A program made the translations under genes and the position numbers. This document shows positions 20,986 through 35,098 of a DNA stretch of 64,000 nucleotides, in pieces. A model generated the notes under the pieces. That model had not been told where the DNA came from. It saw nothing but the letters and a program-made list of their open reading frames with translations, and searched no databases. How positions within the stretch are numbered: position 1 is the first letter of the stretch; every line of letters begins with the position of its first letter. This DNA is from Felis catus (Eukaryota): the NCBI RefSeq assembly GCF_018350175.1, contig NC_058369.1, positions 26,290,001 through 26,354,000 of the forward strand. The letters run 5' to 3'.

Positions 20986-23900
20986 TTTTCTTTTTTTTTT
21001 AGTAACTGCTTTATATAATTCACATACCATACAATTTACCCACTGAATACACAACTCAATATAAGTATATTCACAGAGTTGTATATCTCCATAATTAATT
21101 TTAGAACATTTTCATTACTCCAAAAGGAAGCCCCAGACCGTTCAGCAGTCACCCTGGGAAGTCTTAATAACATTGCAGGATGCTAAACTGAGGACATATT
21201 CTTAGTACGAGGTCTTTACCTCTTTGGGTTTAACTCCTTTCACGATGTTATCAGAGGGACAAATTCTCCATAAATGTGCATATAAATGGTTAGATAACCT
21301 CCCAGAACCTCACTGAAGCCTGAAGCCTGCTCTTAGGCAATGAATCTTAGGGTAAGAATTCCTAAGCTGCAAACTTGGAGAATTAGCATACATCTAAACA
21401 TTGCACCTTGCTTTAAGGAACCCTGGGTTTAGAACAATAGATGAATTATGTCCTACTGGTGTGACAGAAATTGCTCTAGGTTGCACCTTGCCTCGTGCAT
21501 TTAGTTGTAGGTGCCCGGATGACTTATTAGAGTAGCGCAAGGGAAGGGCAAAGGGCTCTCTCTGTGCTGGAAAGCAGGGCGTTTGTGCCCTGGCCAGCTC
21601 TCTGTTTATGACATCTAAACAAAGCTGCTTTCTTTTGTGTGGCTCATCAGAAACTGGTCATTTCTCCTCAGTTCAGTTGAGGCTGGTTTAGGGTGGGAAG
21701 AGGGAATGAATAGAGTGTTGGTATGGGGTAATCCTGGATCTAAAACATCAAAACCACCTGTAGAGGTGAAAAGGGAAAGCAGCGTCATTCATCAGGTCTT
21801 CCTTTGAGCCTGCCCCTCCCCCAGGTGACAGGTGACTGGTGCACTTTAGTCCCACAGAGGGAAATGGAGCCTGAAGCGGGCCTGCTCACACCAGACCTCT
21901 AGTCAGGCCAAGGGTCTGGCAGGCATGACAGTACCCACTGTTCCACCAGAGCACAGGGAATGGCTGGGTGACACCTTGCCATGTTCGAGGCATCCCTGCG
22001 TGTGACCATGTAGGTCACCATGTCTGCTAGCAGCCTTCTGCTTGTTAATTCGTGGTACTTCGAGAGCTCCGGCCCTCCAATGGGCACTGTGGTCAGTGCT
22101 CGGATGCAGTGGTGAGCAGGCCCTACTTAGGAGCTCCTAGGCCGCTGAGCATCTGTGCGAGGAGGACACACCTGTGCCCCTTCCCACTCCTTAGATGGTA
22201 AGGGTCAGACGGGCAGCTTGTTCTGCGTCTGTCTATGTCTTTCTCTTTGAGGTTTTTTTTTTTCCTTCCCTCTAAATCCAGCCTTTCATGTCTATGTATC
22301 GTTATTTTGATTCTATTTCAAACTAGCACATTCCCTAGCATATAGATAGTAAGCATTCAATAAATATTTGTTGAATAAATGGATTTGTTGTATGATTGCA
22401 GTTATCTGGGCTGTAGCTTCCTTCCTCTGAAATGCCCATTCAGCTTTATTGGTCCCCAAAGTGCCAGCATTTTACATACCTGTTATTTCTTACTACTTTG
22501 TTTTCTGTTTATATCATCTCCCTCCCACACATGTGAAAGTGTAAGGCAGGAGCAAAGAGACAAAACCTGAACAACCTCGGACAGATTGCTTTATCTCCTC
22601 ATCCTGTTTCTTTGTAAAGTGGGGATAGGAAGAGTATGTCAGTGCTGCTGTGAGGATTCACTGAGCTCACACATGGAACATTCCGAACAGAACTCAGCAC
22701 CGAAGTATCAGCTGTTTTGATGTAGTGTATTACCTCTGTATTTGCCAGAGCACTAGTAAGTTTTTAGGTACCAGTACTTGTTAGGCGCTCAAGTATGTTG
22801 AATGGAAAAAGGCGAATTCTTCATTTGAAAGTTTTTCTCACTGTTCACCGGGACTCCTTTGCTAACAAATTGCAAGAGAGACCAGTGGCATGTCAAAGAG
22901 CAACTCCCCTGCCCCCTTTTTCTTTTTCATTCTGAAGGGACACGTTTTGATAGCCAGGCTCAGGGGGATGCGGCACGGGGTCCCCTGAGGGCGGCTGCCT
23001 GGCAGCAGAGCTGGCTGCTGGTGTTCAGAGGTGGAAGAGGCAAATGGGCAGGCCATGGGGGCCTGGCCACTGAACTGGCAGATGTGTTCCCAGAGGCCAG
23101 GCCTGAAGGGAAGGGGACCCCGGGCAAATGCCCATTTCAGCTCTTCACTTCCCAGCTTTTGTTCATCACCAGCATCGGTGCACACACATTTGACCTTTGG
23201 CAGCGGGGTGACAAAATAAAATAGAAAGCCCTCTGCTTTGTTCTTTCCCCTGCCACTTACTCTGCCAAGTGACCATGCCAGCTGACATTTGTGAGGGGGT
23301 GGGGGGCAGCTGACATCTTCAGAACGCTGCTTCCTGAGAAATGCAGTTATATTCTGTAGAGCCCTGCCAACTTCCTTTCCCCTAAGTGCCACGCACCAGC
23401 AGTCAGGCTGTGGGCACATACATCAGATATGGGTGCATTTCACTCTCTGAAGCACACAGTTTCTTTGTTGGAAAGCCACTAAGGTGTTGGGGATGCCAGC
23501 AAGCACCCACGAGGAGTCTTCTGCAAGCCGGGCACTGGGTCGTGTATTAAGATAAAAAGATGAATGAAGCACGGAGCTTACTCCTGCTAGAAGGGGACAT
23601 AAGGTACTGAAAGTGCCAGTGTGCCCGGGAGCAGTGAGGGTGCGGTGTGAGTGCCTCCATCCACTTGGGTCCCCCTGGGAGTTTGGGCTTCACAGCGTTC
23701 CAGAGAATGGCTTCTAAATCTGCACTCCCCAGGCATTTGAACTTGCAGACTCCTTTCACAGTAATCCTGAATTGTAAAAAACAAAAAACAAAAAAACAAA
23801 CCTCTGGATGTGATTTTGAATTAAAAATATATTTTATTCAGATCGTTACATTATTAAAAATTAACATAATTTTGTGATCTGAATTACACTGTTTTTTTTT

Positions 23901-24422
23901 TGAAACAGCAGCGGTGAGAATCGTGATAAGGTGAATATAGATTAAGGCACTGATAATGAGCATCTTCAGACAATTTGCAGAATCACCAATTTTGTGATGA
24001 TTCTCACTTCTCATATTTCTCACTAACTTCTCACTTAACTCATATTTTACCATTGACACTCCTAAAGCCTGCCTTTAGTCATGGTCCATTAATAGGTGTA
24101 AATGAAACCAAGTATGACTCAGAGCAAAATCAATTAAAAAGCTATGTAGTGGCCCAAACCATGCTAAACGAAAGAAACCACGAACACACTCATCTCTATG
24201 ACTGCCCCCATGCTTTCTGCGTGTACACTTGGAAGCTCTTAGTCTGTTCGGGGTTAAAGGGAGAAAATATTTAAATAAATTGTTTTGTTGATGTATTTTT
24301 TAAAAAGTAGAACTAGACACAGAAGCCTTTAACACGTAAATCCTTCCAGAGACCCTAGTTGTTCATCCTGTTCTAAACTGTTACTAATCCACCAGAAAGA
24401 TCTTAGTTTAAAAACTAAAGCA

Positions 24423-24630
24423 GGGGCGCCTGGGTGGCTCAGTCAGTTAAGCGGCAGACTCTTGATTTCAGCTCAGGTCATGATCTCAACTGTTCGTGAG
24501 TTCAAGCCCTGCATTGGGCTCTGCTCCGAGCTCAGATCCTGCTTTGGATTCTCTGTCTCCCTCTCTTGGCCCTTCTCCCGCTCTTGCTCGCTCTCTCTCA
24601 AAAAATGAATAAATGTGAAGAAAAAAAAAT
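24423..24630 (+). mobile_element. Can-SINE
   Basis: Consensus head, CT tract, A tail. Confidence 0.88.
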
Positions 24631-26171
24631 ACACAGAAAAACAGAAAAACCTGAAGCATGACTAGCTGTGTTCTCTGAGGCCAGGTTGTATTTGCAGACT
24701 TCAGGAGTTCATTCAGCAGATACTGCTGTAAATATGGCCCTTGTTGCTGGCACCAGTCTAGGCACTGGGGGTGCAGGTTGAAAGACAGACGTGTTCCCTG
24801 CCTTTGTTCATTCCCAAAGGGTCTATTATGGTGGATTCTGGTGTGGGGTAAAAGATGGGAAAGGGAGACTGGCACCCGTTGTGGGGCTCCTTGGAGGTTA
24901 GGCTAAGGGGTCCGAACAGCAGTGAGAGACTTGAGCAGGTCTGTAGCATGTGGAAGAGGTATTTTAGGAAGCCTAGTTTGCTGGCAGTGAGTAGGAGTCT
25001 ATGAGAAGAGTGAAGGAAGGGGAGAGGAGAGTCCAGGGAGGTAATGAAGCAGTGGGGTTAAAAAGGCCACATGAGATCAGTGGCAGGAGGGAGAGAAGGA
25101 CTGGAGAGAGGGAGGAACACAACAGAGAGGTCTACTAGGTAGAGGCCATGAGGGAAACAAAGGCACCAGAAATGATTAGAGAAATAGTCCACGGTAAGTG
25201 AACAGTAGCTAGTCTTACCAGGAAGATCATGAGTCTGAGTTTGGTTCTAGAAAGTTTGAGTAGTACTGAAAAGGCAGCTGCACTTGCCATGTTAACAACC
25301 AGCATTGTTTAAGTACTTACTAGGTGCACAACCCTGTGGTCAGCTCTTTATGTTAACTTATCTCATTTCCTAAGTTGGACCAATGCTGCACCCAGGCAAC
25401 CACTGTAACATATTCATCACGTATTGCCTTGATGCCTCTTTGCAGTCAGGATCCTTCCTCTGATCCCTGGCAGCTACTGATCTGCTTTCCATTATTGCCA
25501 TTTCACCTTTTCTAGAATGTTATATGTAAATACATATTATAGGGTGTAATGTTTTGTGTCTGGCTTCTTTCACTTAGAATAAAGCTCTGAGATTCTCTCA
25601 TGATGTTGCATGTTTCTCCTTACTGCTCAGTAGTTGTTATGCATTCATTAGCTGGTTGACATTTGGGTCATTTCTACTTTGGGGCTATTGTGAATAGTGA
25701 TCTTATGACCATTGGGTACAAGTCTGTGTGGACATATTTTCATTTCTCCTGGGCCAGTATCTAGGAATGGAGTTGCTTAGTCTTACAATAAGTGTATATT
25801 TAACTTCTAGATTCTTATTTGATCCTCATAACAATTCTGAATTGAGTTCACTATTATCCCCATTTTTTAGTTGGGAGAAAATGAATGCATAGAGGGTCGT
25901 AACTTCCTCCAGGCCATAGGGCTGGGGGTGGCAGAATGGTTTATAGGCCAGTGGACTTTGAGCCATCCCCAACCTGATCTGTTATTAGGACCTTCAGAGC
26001 AGTGGACCTGTTTGATGGCTCCACTAAGCCCAGGCCTAGGTGAGGAGGAGTTAGGGGCCCTCCCTTGAGCCACAGAACCAGACACTGATTTGGATTACCA
26101 TTTTCTCAGTTCTCCCATCCTGGTTACCGAGGCGTGGAGTTAGTTCATTACATGCGGTGGAGGTTTTAAGG

Positions 26172-26488
26172 CAGAGCTGTCCAATGGAAATGTAATGCAA
26201 ACCACGTGTGTAATTTTAAGTTTTCTAGTAGCCACATTAGAAAAGCAAAAAGGAACAGGCGAAATTAATTTATATAATCTGTTCCTAATCCAATGTATCC
26301 AGAGTAATACTATTTCAATAGATAATCAATATAAAAACTAATAATATGTTTTATGTTTTTTATGTCATACAAAGTTTTTGAAACCTGGTGTGCATTTTAC
26401 AATTACAACATACCTCAATTTGGACTAGCTACATTTCAGGTCATCAATAGCTACCTACAGCTTGTGGCTACTATATTGAACAGCCCAG
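26172..26488. mobile_element. MER33-like hAT-Charlie fossil (related fragment at about 26637-26750)
   Basis: CTGTCCAAT..TTTTCTAGTAGCCACATT..GTGGCTACTATATTGAACAG with terminal inverted character. Confidence 0.75.
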
Positions 26489-28566
26489 ATACAGACATTA
26501 AAAACAACATCCAGATGTATGGTTACTAATATGGAAAGAGATTCATTTTATGTTAAATGGAGAAAAACAAGTCATATATGTTTCGTATGCTTATATTTTC
26601 ACAAGTCTCTAATGTTTATATCTGCAAGTAGTTTATACTGTCCAGTGGCCATAGGTAGCCACTTAGACTACTTAAATTTAATAAAATTAAATAAAATTAA
26701 AAATGCAGTCCCTTAGCCACATGTGCACAGCAGCCACTGTATTGGATGTCACAGACTTAGGTCAGTACTGTCTCCAAACTGCTGAACCAAGTAAGAAAAG
26801 CTGAGCTAGAGCATAGAACCTGCTAGCCCTGCGACCAGTAGGGCTTTGTGACCATTGAGACCCAGAGCCTTCATAGTTTTTAATAGTAAAGCACAGGAAA
26901 GAAGTGCAGCTGTTGTTAGAGTTTAGTAGGAGCATAGTGCGGAAACATAAACAGCCCTTGTCAAAGACTCTGTTCCATTTTGGTACAACGGAAATTAACC
27001 ACCACTCACATTGCTGGGGACTCACTCCATAAACCTGACATCCACATTAGGTATGTTCATATAAAAATGTTCCTCTCTGCTTCTTCAGAACCTGCCTGAT
27101 GTCCGTGGTGGGGCCTATGTAGCATCGGGAAGATAAAATAATTTTTTCATATTTGTACACAGTTTCTGTGCGGTGCCCAGATTACGTTCAGCTCAGATTT
27201 ACACAGACTGCAGTTTGTGAACGTGCAGGAGGAGGTGGGTTGCTTAGCGCAGAGGTAGTAAAGTCAGGAGACTAGGCCAGGAGGTATTTTGAGAGCTCTG
27301 CAGCTATTTCAACTGCTATTACCCAGGCCTGAGTTCCCGTACTTAATCTGCCCCTCTTTCCGGGCTTCTTCCTCACTTGAGGGACTGGTTCTGCCTGTTT
27401 AGCTGATCTCTATCCATCAAAATGAGGGGTGTGTGATGTGTAAGCATCCTGCCTAAGGCCATAGAAGGAGGTAGGAACTGCTGTGTCCCTGGGTCAGACA
27501 GGCCTAGGGTGGAGTCCAGTCTCATGACTTCCTAGCTGAGTGCCCTTGTTTAAGGCATATGTCCCTCTCAGAGAGGTGAGGTTCTTGTGAAAGAGAGGTA
27601 GCTGCAGATACTTCCAGGCAATCCTGGGAGATGGGATAAGCTGAGGGACAGAAGAATAAGTGTCCCCTAAACATAGCGGTTACTACCTTCAGCTCTGAAG
27701 TGATTGATGGTGGCGTAGTGTGTATAGTCACCTACGTGGTTATGATTGGAACTAGCATCTCAGGAGAATACGATGATGTTTTCAGGCGAGGTAGAATAAA
27801 TTTATGTGCAGTCAACCCTCCCTCATCCTTGGTGGTAGTGATCAGTTCTACTCTGTGGAAACCAGTAGGGACTTTCCTGCCTTGATTCCCCGTAGTTTCA
27901 AGCTCGTCTCCCACCAAATATTTTACCACTCCTGATTCTAGTAGAATAATTAACTTATTTGACTTTCATCTTCTGTTTTTCCACTCTCTCCAGTACAGTA
28001 AAGATGCTGGTGAGTCATAAAATGACTGAAAGTTCCCTTGCCAAAGGAAAAAAAGATGATAGCTTGCATTTATCATTGATAACATACTGTATCCTTATCC
28101 GAGCTCAGACAATTTCAATCCTTACCACTCAGGCTTCTTTATTTGAAAGTAGCATGTTTTAAATTACATGTGTAGCAAACCAAGGAACTTTTAGAAAAAT
28201 TATTTTTCCTGATTAGGAAAGTAATATATGTGCTCATTGAGGATAACCTGAAAAATATGAAAAAAATAGCTAAGAGAATTTAAACCACACATAATTTCAC
28301 TCCAGAGACAACTACTGTTAACATTTGTTATAGTTCTGTCTTCCTATCAATGTTATCACAGTTTTCTATGCTTTTTAAATATTTAACATTATAATGTACA
28401 CCTTGCCCTGTGTAATGAAAATTTATTTTAATATACCCTTTTAAAGGCGTGCAGATTCTTCCACTATATAGTTAAGCCATAAATAGCTTATCCATTGTCT
28501 TATTGCTAATATCTAGGCTCTTTAAGGGGAAGGCTTTTTACTTAGCCCCTTTAAAAGTGGGCAAAT

Positions 28567-28924
28567 GGGCACCTGGGTGGCTCAGTCAGTTGAGCATCTG
28601 ACTTTTGATTTTGGCTCAGGTCATGATCTTAAAGTTTGTGGGATCGAACCCTGTGTCAGGCTCTGCGATGACCTCATGGAACCTGCTTCGGATTCTCTCT
28701 CTCCCTCTCTCTCTCTGCCCCTCCCCCACTTTCTCTCTCTGTCTTTCTCTCTCTGTCTCACAAATAAATTAATAAACATTAAAAAAAAAAAGGCCTAGAA
28801 GAGGTGCCTGGCTGGCTCTGTCAGTGGCACATGTGACTCTTGATCATGGGATTCTGGGTTCAAGCCCCACATTGGGTATAGAGATTACTTAAAATCTTAA
28901 AAATAAATAAATCGAAAAAAATAA
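28567..28924 (+). mobile_element. Long Can-SINE followed by a short SINE, both inside one TSD
   Basis: TAAAAGTGGGCA at 28552-28563 and 28925-28936. Confidence 0.85.
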
Positions 28925-30265
28925 TAAAAGTGGGCATAGAAGGTGGGACAAGAGAGGCTGGAGTAATGGCATTCACTGTCAGAGATCAGAGACTGATAAC
29001 ATTGTTTCCTATGTTCAAAGAGAAGGGCTCCTTTATGCTGTTCCCTTGGTGCCCTTCACAGAGCTTTGGCCATCTCCTGTGCTTACTGAGTCGGGCCATG
29101 GTGTAGTCACCTGCACACACCTTATTATGCTTGCTATTTCTTAGCAGAAAAGAAAACTAAGTTACAAAGCCGGCCTCTGCTGGATGCTGTAAGTGTACAA
29201 CCTCATCTAATATTTACTGCCTTCCTGTTGGAAAGGTACGATTTTGTAGATAATAAACTGAGGCCCAGAGATGCAGCAAAGTTAGGTCACAAAACTAGTA
29301 AGGGCCATTTGGGCTTTGAATTAGGTCTCTGTGACTGGGAAGCCAGGCCCTTTCCCCTGGGAGACTAGTGGTTGTGGCATGGGGAAAGATGGGGGAGGAG
29401 CGCACAGTGTGGCTAGTCATCAGTCGCATCAACCTCGAGAAGGACTCCAGCAGCCTGACTTTGGGGCAGTAGCACATGGGGGCAGGCAGAGAAGGGGCCC
29501 CAGGAGGAGGAACACTTCACTCCCAGCAAGTACTCAGGTCGTTACCAGCTTAGGGTGTGAGGGTTGAGGAGGGGGCCTCCCTCGGATACCAGAGCCCACA
29601 TAAAAATCATTATTTCCAACCAGATCAGAGTTTGCGTGTTTTCTGTCTTTTCTAGCCAGTGAAATATGTGGTGATTAGTTCTCTGAGGTTATGTTCACTG
29701 CATCTGTTTCTACACTTTTAGGGCGTCTGCCCAAGAAATGTGAGGATTACTGGAGGTCGTATTTCATTTTTAATTACTACTTAATTGAGCCCCGGATTTT
29801 TGAGTTTTTTTCCCCTTTGCTTTGACTTAAGATGGAATTCATGGGTTCCCATTTTAGCAAATTATGTAAATTTGCTTTGGTGCCATTTAAGGGTCATTGT
29901 ACTATAGAATGCTATAGGAGCTGCTGTTTAAAATGTATCCATTCTGTAGTCATGTCTGAGGCCAAAAGGATTTTTGAGTGCTTCTTTGCAGTGTTTCTCC
30001 TTGCTGGAACATCAGCTGTCTTTGAAGTTGGGTGTGGCGAGCAGCTCCCCTGGCTGGGCAGGAGACTGTCCCGCAGAGGAGACCATGGACTTCAAAAGGC
30101 CTGGAGAAGGGAGAAGCATATGCTAAATAAGGCGGTGGCTCTCACTGCAGGCATCAAAGCAAGTTTATGATGTGTCCCTTGTCCCTTCTGTGAACACAGA
30201 ATAGAAACTGGAGAACTTGTTTTGCATAAAGGTAAAGTGCGCAGTTCTATGATTCAGTTAGATTT

Positions 30266-30461
30266 ATTTATTTATTTATTTATTTAGAGAGCGTGCGCTC
30301 ACACGCGCAAGTTGGGGAGGGGCAGAGAGAGAGAGTCCCAGGTAGGCTGTGCACTCTCAGCGCAGAGCCCAACATGGGGCTCCATCTCACAAACTGTGAG
30401 ATCATGACTTGAGCTGAAATCAAGAGTCGGATGTCTAACTGACTGACCCACCCTGGTGCCC
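30266..30461 (-). mobile_element. Can-SINE, 16-bp TSD TGATTCAGTTAGATTT
   Basis: TSD 30250-30265 / 30462-30477. Confidence 0.9.
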
Positions 30462-32184
30462 TGATTCAGTTAGATTTTAAATGAACTTTATTTCACTTGG
30501 TTGAAAAGGAGATACAGTTGGCTTCACTCACCTGCACAAATTTAGGTTAAGATAGTGGAGATTCATCAAATGCCTTTAAAAACCCTAATGCTTTCATTTG
30601 TTTTGGGGCAGGTTTTGCACATTATATAATAAAACAAAGGTACATTTCAGCACTGGAAATCTACAAATGAAACAATAAATAATGAATACTTAGCAGAGTA
30701 AGGAGTAATCATTAATTCTAAGTGAAATATTAAGAATTGTAAGCAGCCAGGCAGGTGGCTGGTGAGCTGAGCAGAAGTTCTGCGACTGAGAATTTCCCCA
30801 GAAACCTGGCTGTCCCTTCAGGGTGATGTTGCCCTCTGCCCATGAGCTGCAGCTGTTGTGCTGTGTGATACCATGGGGTTGAATATTGAGTCCACTGAAG
30901 GGATAATAAATCAGGGCTTGGGAGATCCACAGAGACTTTCTTTTTTAAAAATATTTTTCTTTTTTATTATTTAAGGATAGTTGACATACAATGGTATATT
31001 AGTTGCAAGGGTACAACATAGTGATCCAATGTGTCTATACGTTACTTAGTGCTTATCAGGGTAAGCATAGTCATCATACGATGTTATTATAATATTATTG
31101 ACTATAGTCCCTATACTGTACTTTTCATCTTTGTGACTTATAACTGGAAGTTTGTACGTCTTAATCCCCTTCACCTATTTGCCCATACCCGCAGCCGCAT
31201 GGAGATTTTCTTGAGCATGCTCTTTGACTTTTCCTTGATGTACATGCACGTGAAAAAGAGCAACATGCTTCTTCCTTCCCAAAGGAGCAATCAATCAGTT
31301 AACAAATGCCCACCAACTGGTATTTGCTGCACTTCTTATTGGCCTGACCTTGTGGTGGGTGCTGTTTGCAATACAAAGAAATGTGTGATCCTAGCCCTTG
31401 AAGAATTTAATTCAGTTGGAGAGATCCTCCCCCCCCCCCCCCACCTACCCGCCTTCCCCAGACACAGGTAGATATAGGACAAAAATAGCAGTAATGTGAT
31501 TAAACAGCCAACCTTCCCAGGTGTTGACCTGCGAAGAGGGGAGTAGATAGGGGTGTTTAGGGTACCCAGAGTCTGACTGAGTAGAGGAAGGTTTGAGTAG
31601 AAGGAACAGGTTAGGACACTGTGGTTAGGTGATAGCAGAACATGGAAGCTAGGCTAAGGAGTTGGGTTTTATTCTGTGGCCAGTGGAGCCTGAAAGGTTC
31701 CCGAGCAGGGAAAGGATAGTGTTGGATGTTTAGCAAGCTCACATGTGCTCAGCATTCTTTGCGGGCCTTCCTTTGAAGGGAAAGTGCCAGGAGGAAGCAG
31801 ATTTGGGGATGAATACAGGGGAGCGATATGGCTAGTGGGTAGTGGAGACGTGGCCTCCTATCCCAGATCTGTAACTTTCTAGTCAAGGCATTTATCCCTT
31901 CAGAGACTCATTGCCCCCAGCTGCAAAGTGAGGGTAATGGTTCTTCCTTACTTGTTTCAAAGGGCCATCTCCAGATGGTTCGACGGTTCTACCACTACAG
32001 GGCCCAGTGTGGGGACCCCGCAGGGCTCAAGTTAGGTACATACTGTACCCTTGAAGAGGCGAGGAGGGTGGGGAAAGAGGAGGCTGTGAGGTTTGGTGGG
32101 TGCTTGGTTCATTAGTTTCCTTCCTCTCTTGAGAGGGTTTTTATTTTTGCAGTGTGAAGCTGCTTCCTATTTAAGAAGTTTTAG

Positions 32185-32600
32185 AACCATGGTTCTCACC
32201 CCTGGCTGCACATTACAATCACCCGGGAACTTTTAGGCCCTACTAATGCCTGTGCTTCCTCTCAGAGAAGCTAAATTAGAGTCTCTGGGAGGTAGGGCTG
32301 AACCATGGGTATGGTTTTTTGTTTGTTTGTTTGTTTGTTTGTTTAAGTTCTCTAGGTGATTTGGGGTGCCTGGGTGTCTCGGTTGAGTGTCCAACTCTTG
32401 ATTGCAGCTCAGGTCATGATCCCAAGGAGCCTGCTTGTGATTCTCTCTTTCCCTCCCTCCCTCTTTTCCTCCCTCTGTCTCTCCCTCTCCCCTAATGCTG
32501 TGCTGTCTCTCTCTCTCTAAAAAAAAAAAAAAAAAAAAAAGTGGTGTAAGTTCTCTAGATGATTTTAGAATTCAGCAAGCAGGGTTGGGACCCTGTGTTT
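32185..32600. mobile_element. MER5-like DNA transposon interrupted by an internally deleted Can-SINE (32363-32540, +)
   Basis: TGGTTCTCA..GGCTGCACATTACAATCACC start; TSD TAAGTTCTCTAGRTGATTT flanks the SINE. Confidence 0.65.
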
Positions 32601-34178
32601 CAGATATAGTGATGTGGGGACACTGACATGTAAAATACCTCCAAACAGCTGCCTTTGTCTCTCTGTACTTTGAGTCTCTGAGTAAACCTGATTATCTATG
32701 CCAAAAGGGAAGGGAGAAGAATTAACTGGGTTAATCTGGTTTGAAGGTTTGCTGAAGTTTTGGTTTTAGCTCCTTTAACACTTTTTTTTTTTCCAAAATG
32801 AACTGTGTTTATAGTCTCAGTAAGGTCATTTTGGGCCAGACAGATTCAAAATAAGTTTTCCTCCTCAGTGTTTCCTAAAATGTCATCCAACCAAGGCATC
32901 TTTGGATATCAGCTATTGTGCAGGGAAATAAATCTTCAATACTTTTTTGGGAATTCAGAAAACAAAATGCCAGTGGGGATGCTTGCTTGGAAAATGGCCT
33001 ATGTAGGAAGCGTTAATCAACAGTTGTGGAACCAACAGCCCCAACCCTGCCCCTGCCCCCCTCAGGATAGGAGTCAATAGATTGACATCACTAGAAATGA
33101 ACCACCTGAGTTCCACCAACTAGTGAGGACCCCCATCTTTCAGGGCTGCAGGAAAAACTCAGGGCACCCCCCCCCCCCCCCCGCCAGGTCACTGAGCACT
33201 GCTGGCCATGCCTGGCAGGTTGGAAGGTCTTGGGAATCAGGTATTTGGGTCACACTCCCAGTCAGCTGCTTCCTAGTTGTGCGACCTTGGACAGCTCACT
33301 TAATTTGCTGAGCTGGACTGAGATCTCCCCTCTAGGCAGCTGTGAGGATGGAATGAGAAGTATGGAGTAAGGGGCTTAGCAAGGTTCCTAGAACCAGATC
33401 GGTCCTCATTTTGTTACATCTCTCTTCTCTAACCTCACTTAAGTCAGAAATTACGTGGTCCTGATGCCTTTCCAGTTTGAAGAACTTCACACCAGACCAC
33501 ACTGACCAGTGCAATGCTCACATGCCAGGGCTTGACAAGGTAGCCACCCTGCCCCGCCAAGATAAAGGGTGTGGTATTGTGAGGAGGGGCAAGAAGAGGG
33601 CCCTTTGGGGGAAGTGGCAGCAGATGGCAGGGTTTGGTGGCAGGCCGAGATCTGTGTGACTCAGGGCCGCACCCTGCAGCTCCTAGCTCTCCCTTTGTTG
33701 CCTGATGGGCCTTGGCGGTTTATTGTCTCTTTTATACATGCTGCAGTTTCCGTTCCACATCAGAGACGGTGGTAAAGATGGGAATGATTCACTGGAAGAT
33801 TCTGGGCTGCTGACTCCAGCTCGGGAGGAGGAGGCCTGACTTCAAATGTTGGGTTTCTATTAGTCTCCAGGGCACTCTCCTCTCTGCTTTAATAAGAGCT
33901 ACAGCCTGGTTGCAAGCAGTGGACAGCTGTGCTGTGTTTAGTTTACAAATTGGAGATTTGAGGTGAAAGTACTTCCTTTTGGTCAAGTGGATGGTGGTAC
34001 CAGGCAAGCTAAAAAAATTCAAATGTTTTGTAGTTAGGGACCACCTTGTTTCACTAAAGCGGAATAAAAATATTTCTGAGCAGAGGCACCTGGCTGGCTC
34101 AGTCAGTAGAGCAACTCTTGATCTTGGGGTTGTGAGATCGAGCCCCAGACAGGGGGTAGAATTTACTTAAAAAAATAT

Positions 34179-34221
<43 letters not shown>

Positions 34222-34320
34222 TATACATATACATGTATATGTACACATATATACATATACATATATATACATATATACATGTATACATATATATACATAT
34301 ATACACACATATATATATAT
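34179..34320. repeat. Compound (TA)n/(TACA)n microsatellite
   Basis: Direct reading. Confidence 0.95.
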
Positions 34321-34359
34321 TCTGAGCAAAATCACCTCATATTGCCCACTGTCTTTCTT

Positions 34360-34575
34360 TAAAAAAAAATTTTAACGTTTTATTTATTTTTGAGACAGGG
34401 AGAGACAGAGCATGAACAGGGGAGGGTCAGAGAGAGGGAGACACAGAATCTGAAACAGGCTCCAGGCTCTGAGCTGTCAGCACAGAGCCCGACATGGGGC
34501 TCGAACCCATGGACCGCGAGATCATGACCTGAGCCAAAGTCGGCTGCTTAACCGACTGAGCCACCCAGGCACCCA
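34360..34575 (-). mobile_element. Young SINEC_Fc-type element, TSD CCCACTGTCTTTCT
   Basis: TSD 34345-34358 / 34576-34589. Confidence 0.9.
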
Positions 34576-34863
34576 CCCACTGTCTTTCTGTATCTATTAC
34601 CACATGGCAGGTGGGACCTGGGGGCTACAGTGGAACCTGAATGTGCCTTAATGTGTTTTTACACAATGGGTGGTGCTTTGAGGCTGCCAGTAACTAAGCA
34701 AACTCTAGGTGGACATGTGTGTATTACAAATGGTGTTGTATGTGAGGTACCAGTGGGCCAGGGGCTATGGCCAAGGGCAGATGATGGCAGAAGTAACCCT
34801 AGCACCATCCTGCATCCCAGGCCTTCATGGACTGGGATTACTGGTTTATCAATACACCTGAAT

Positions 34864-35098
34864 CCAGGCTTCTCAATCTTGGCACTATTGACATTTGGGG
34901 CCAGGTAGTCCTTGGGTGGGAGTGGGTGTGGGGGTGGGAGTAGGCTGTCCTGTACGTTGTAGGTGTTTAGTAGCATCTCTGACCTCTTTCTACTAGATGC
35001 TAGTAGCACTCCCCCATCCCCTGCGACAACTAAAGATGTCTCTAGACATTGCTACATGTCATTTGAGTCAGAAAAATCACCTTCTTTGGAGATCACGG
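34864..35098 (+). mobile_element. MER20 (hAT-Charlie) fossil
   Basis: TTCTCAATCTTGGCACTATTGACATTTGGGGCCAG..ACTAGATGCTAGTAGCAC..GATGTCTCTAGACATTGC. Confidence 0.85.

Noticed and set aside
22859..23419. 121-aa and 185-aa ORFs in PXK intron 1
   Set aside because: No recognisable protein features; the locally GC-richer patch may be regulatory but I cannot support that from sequence
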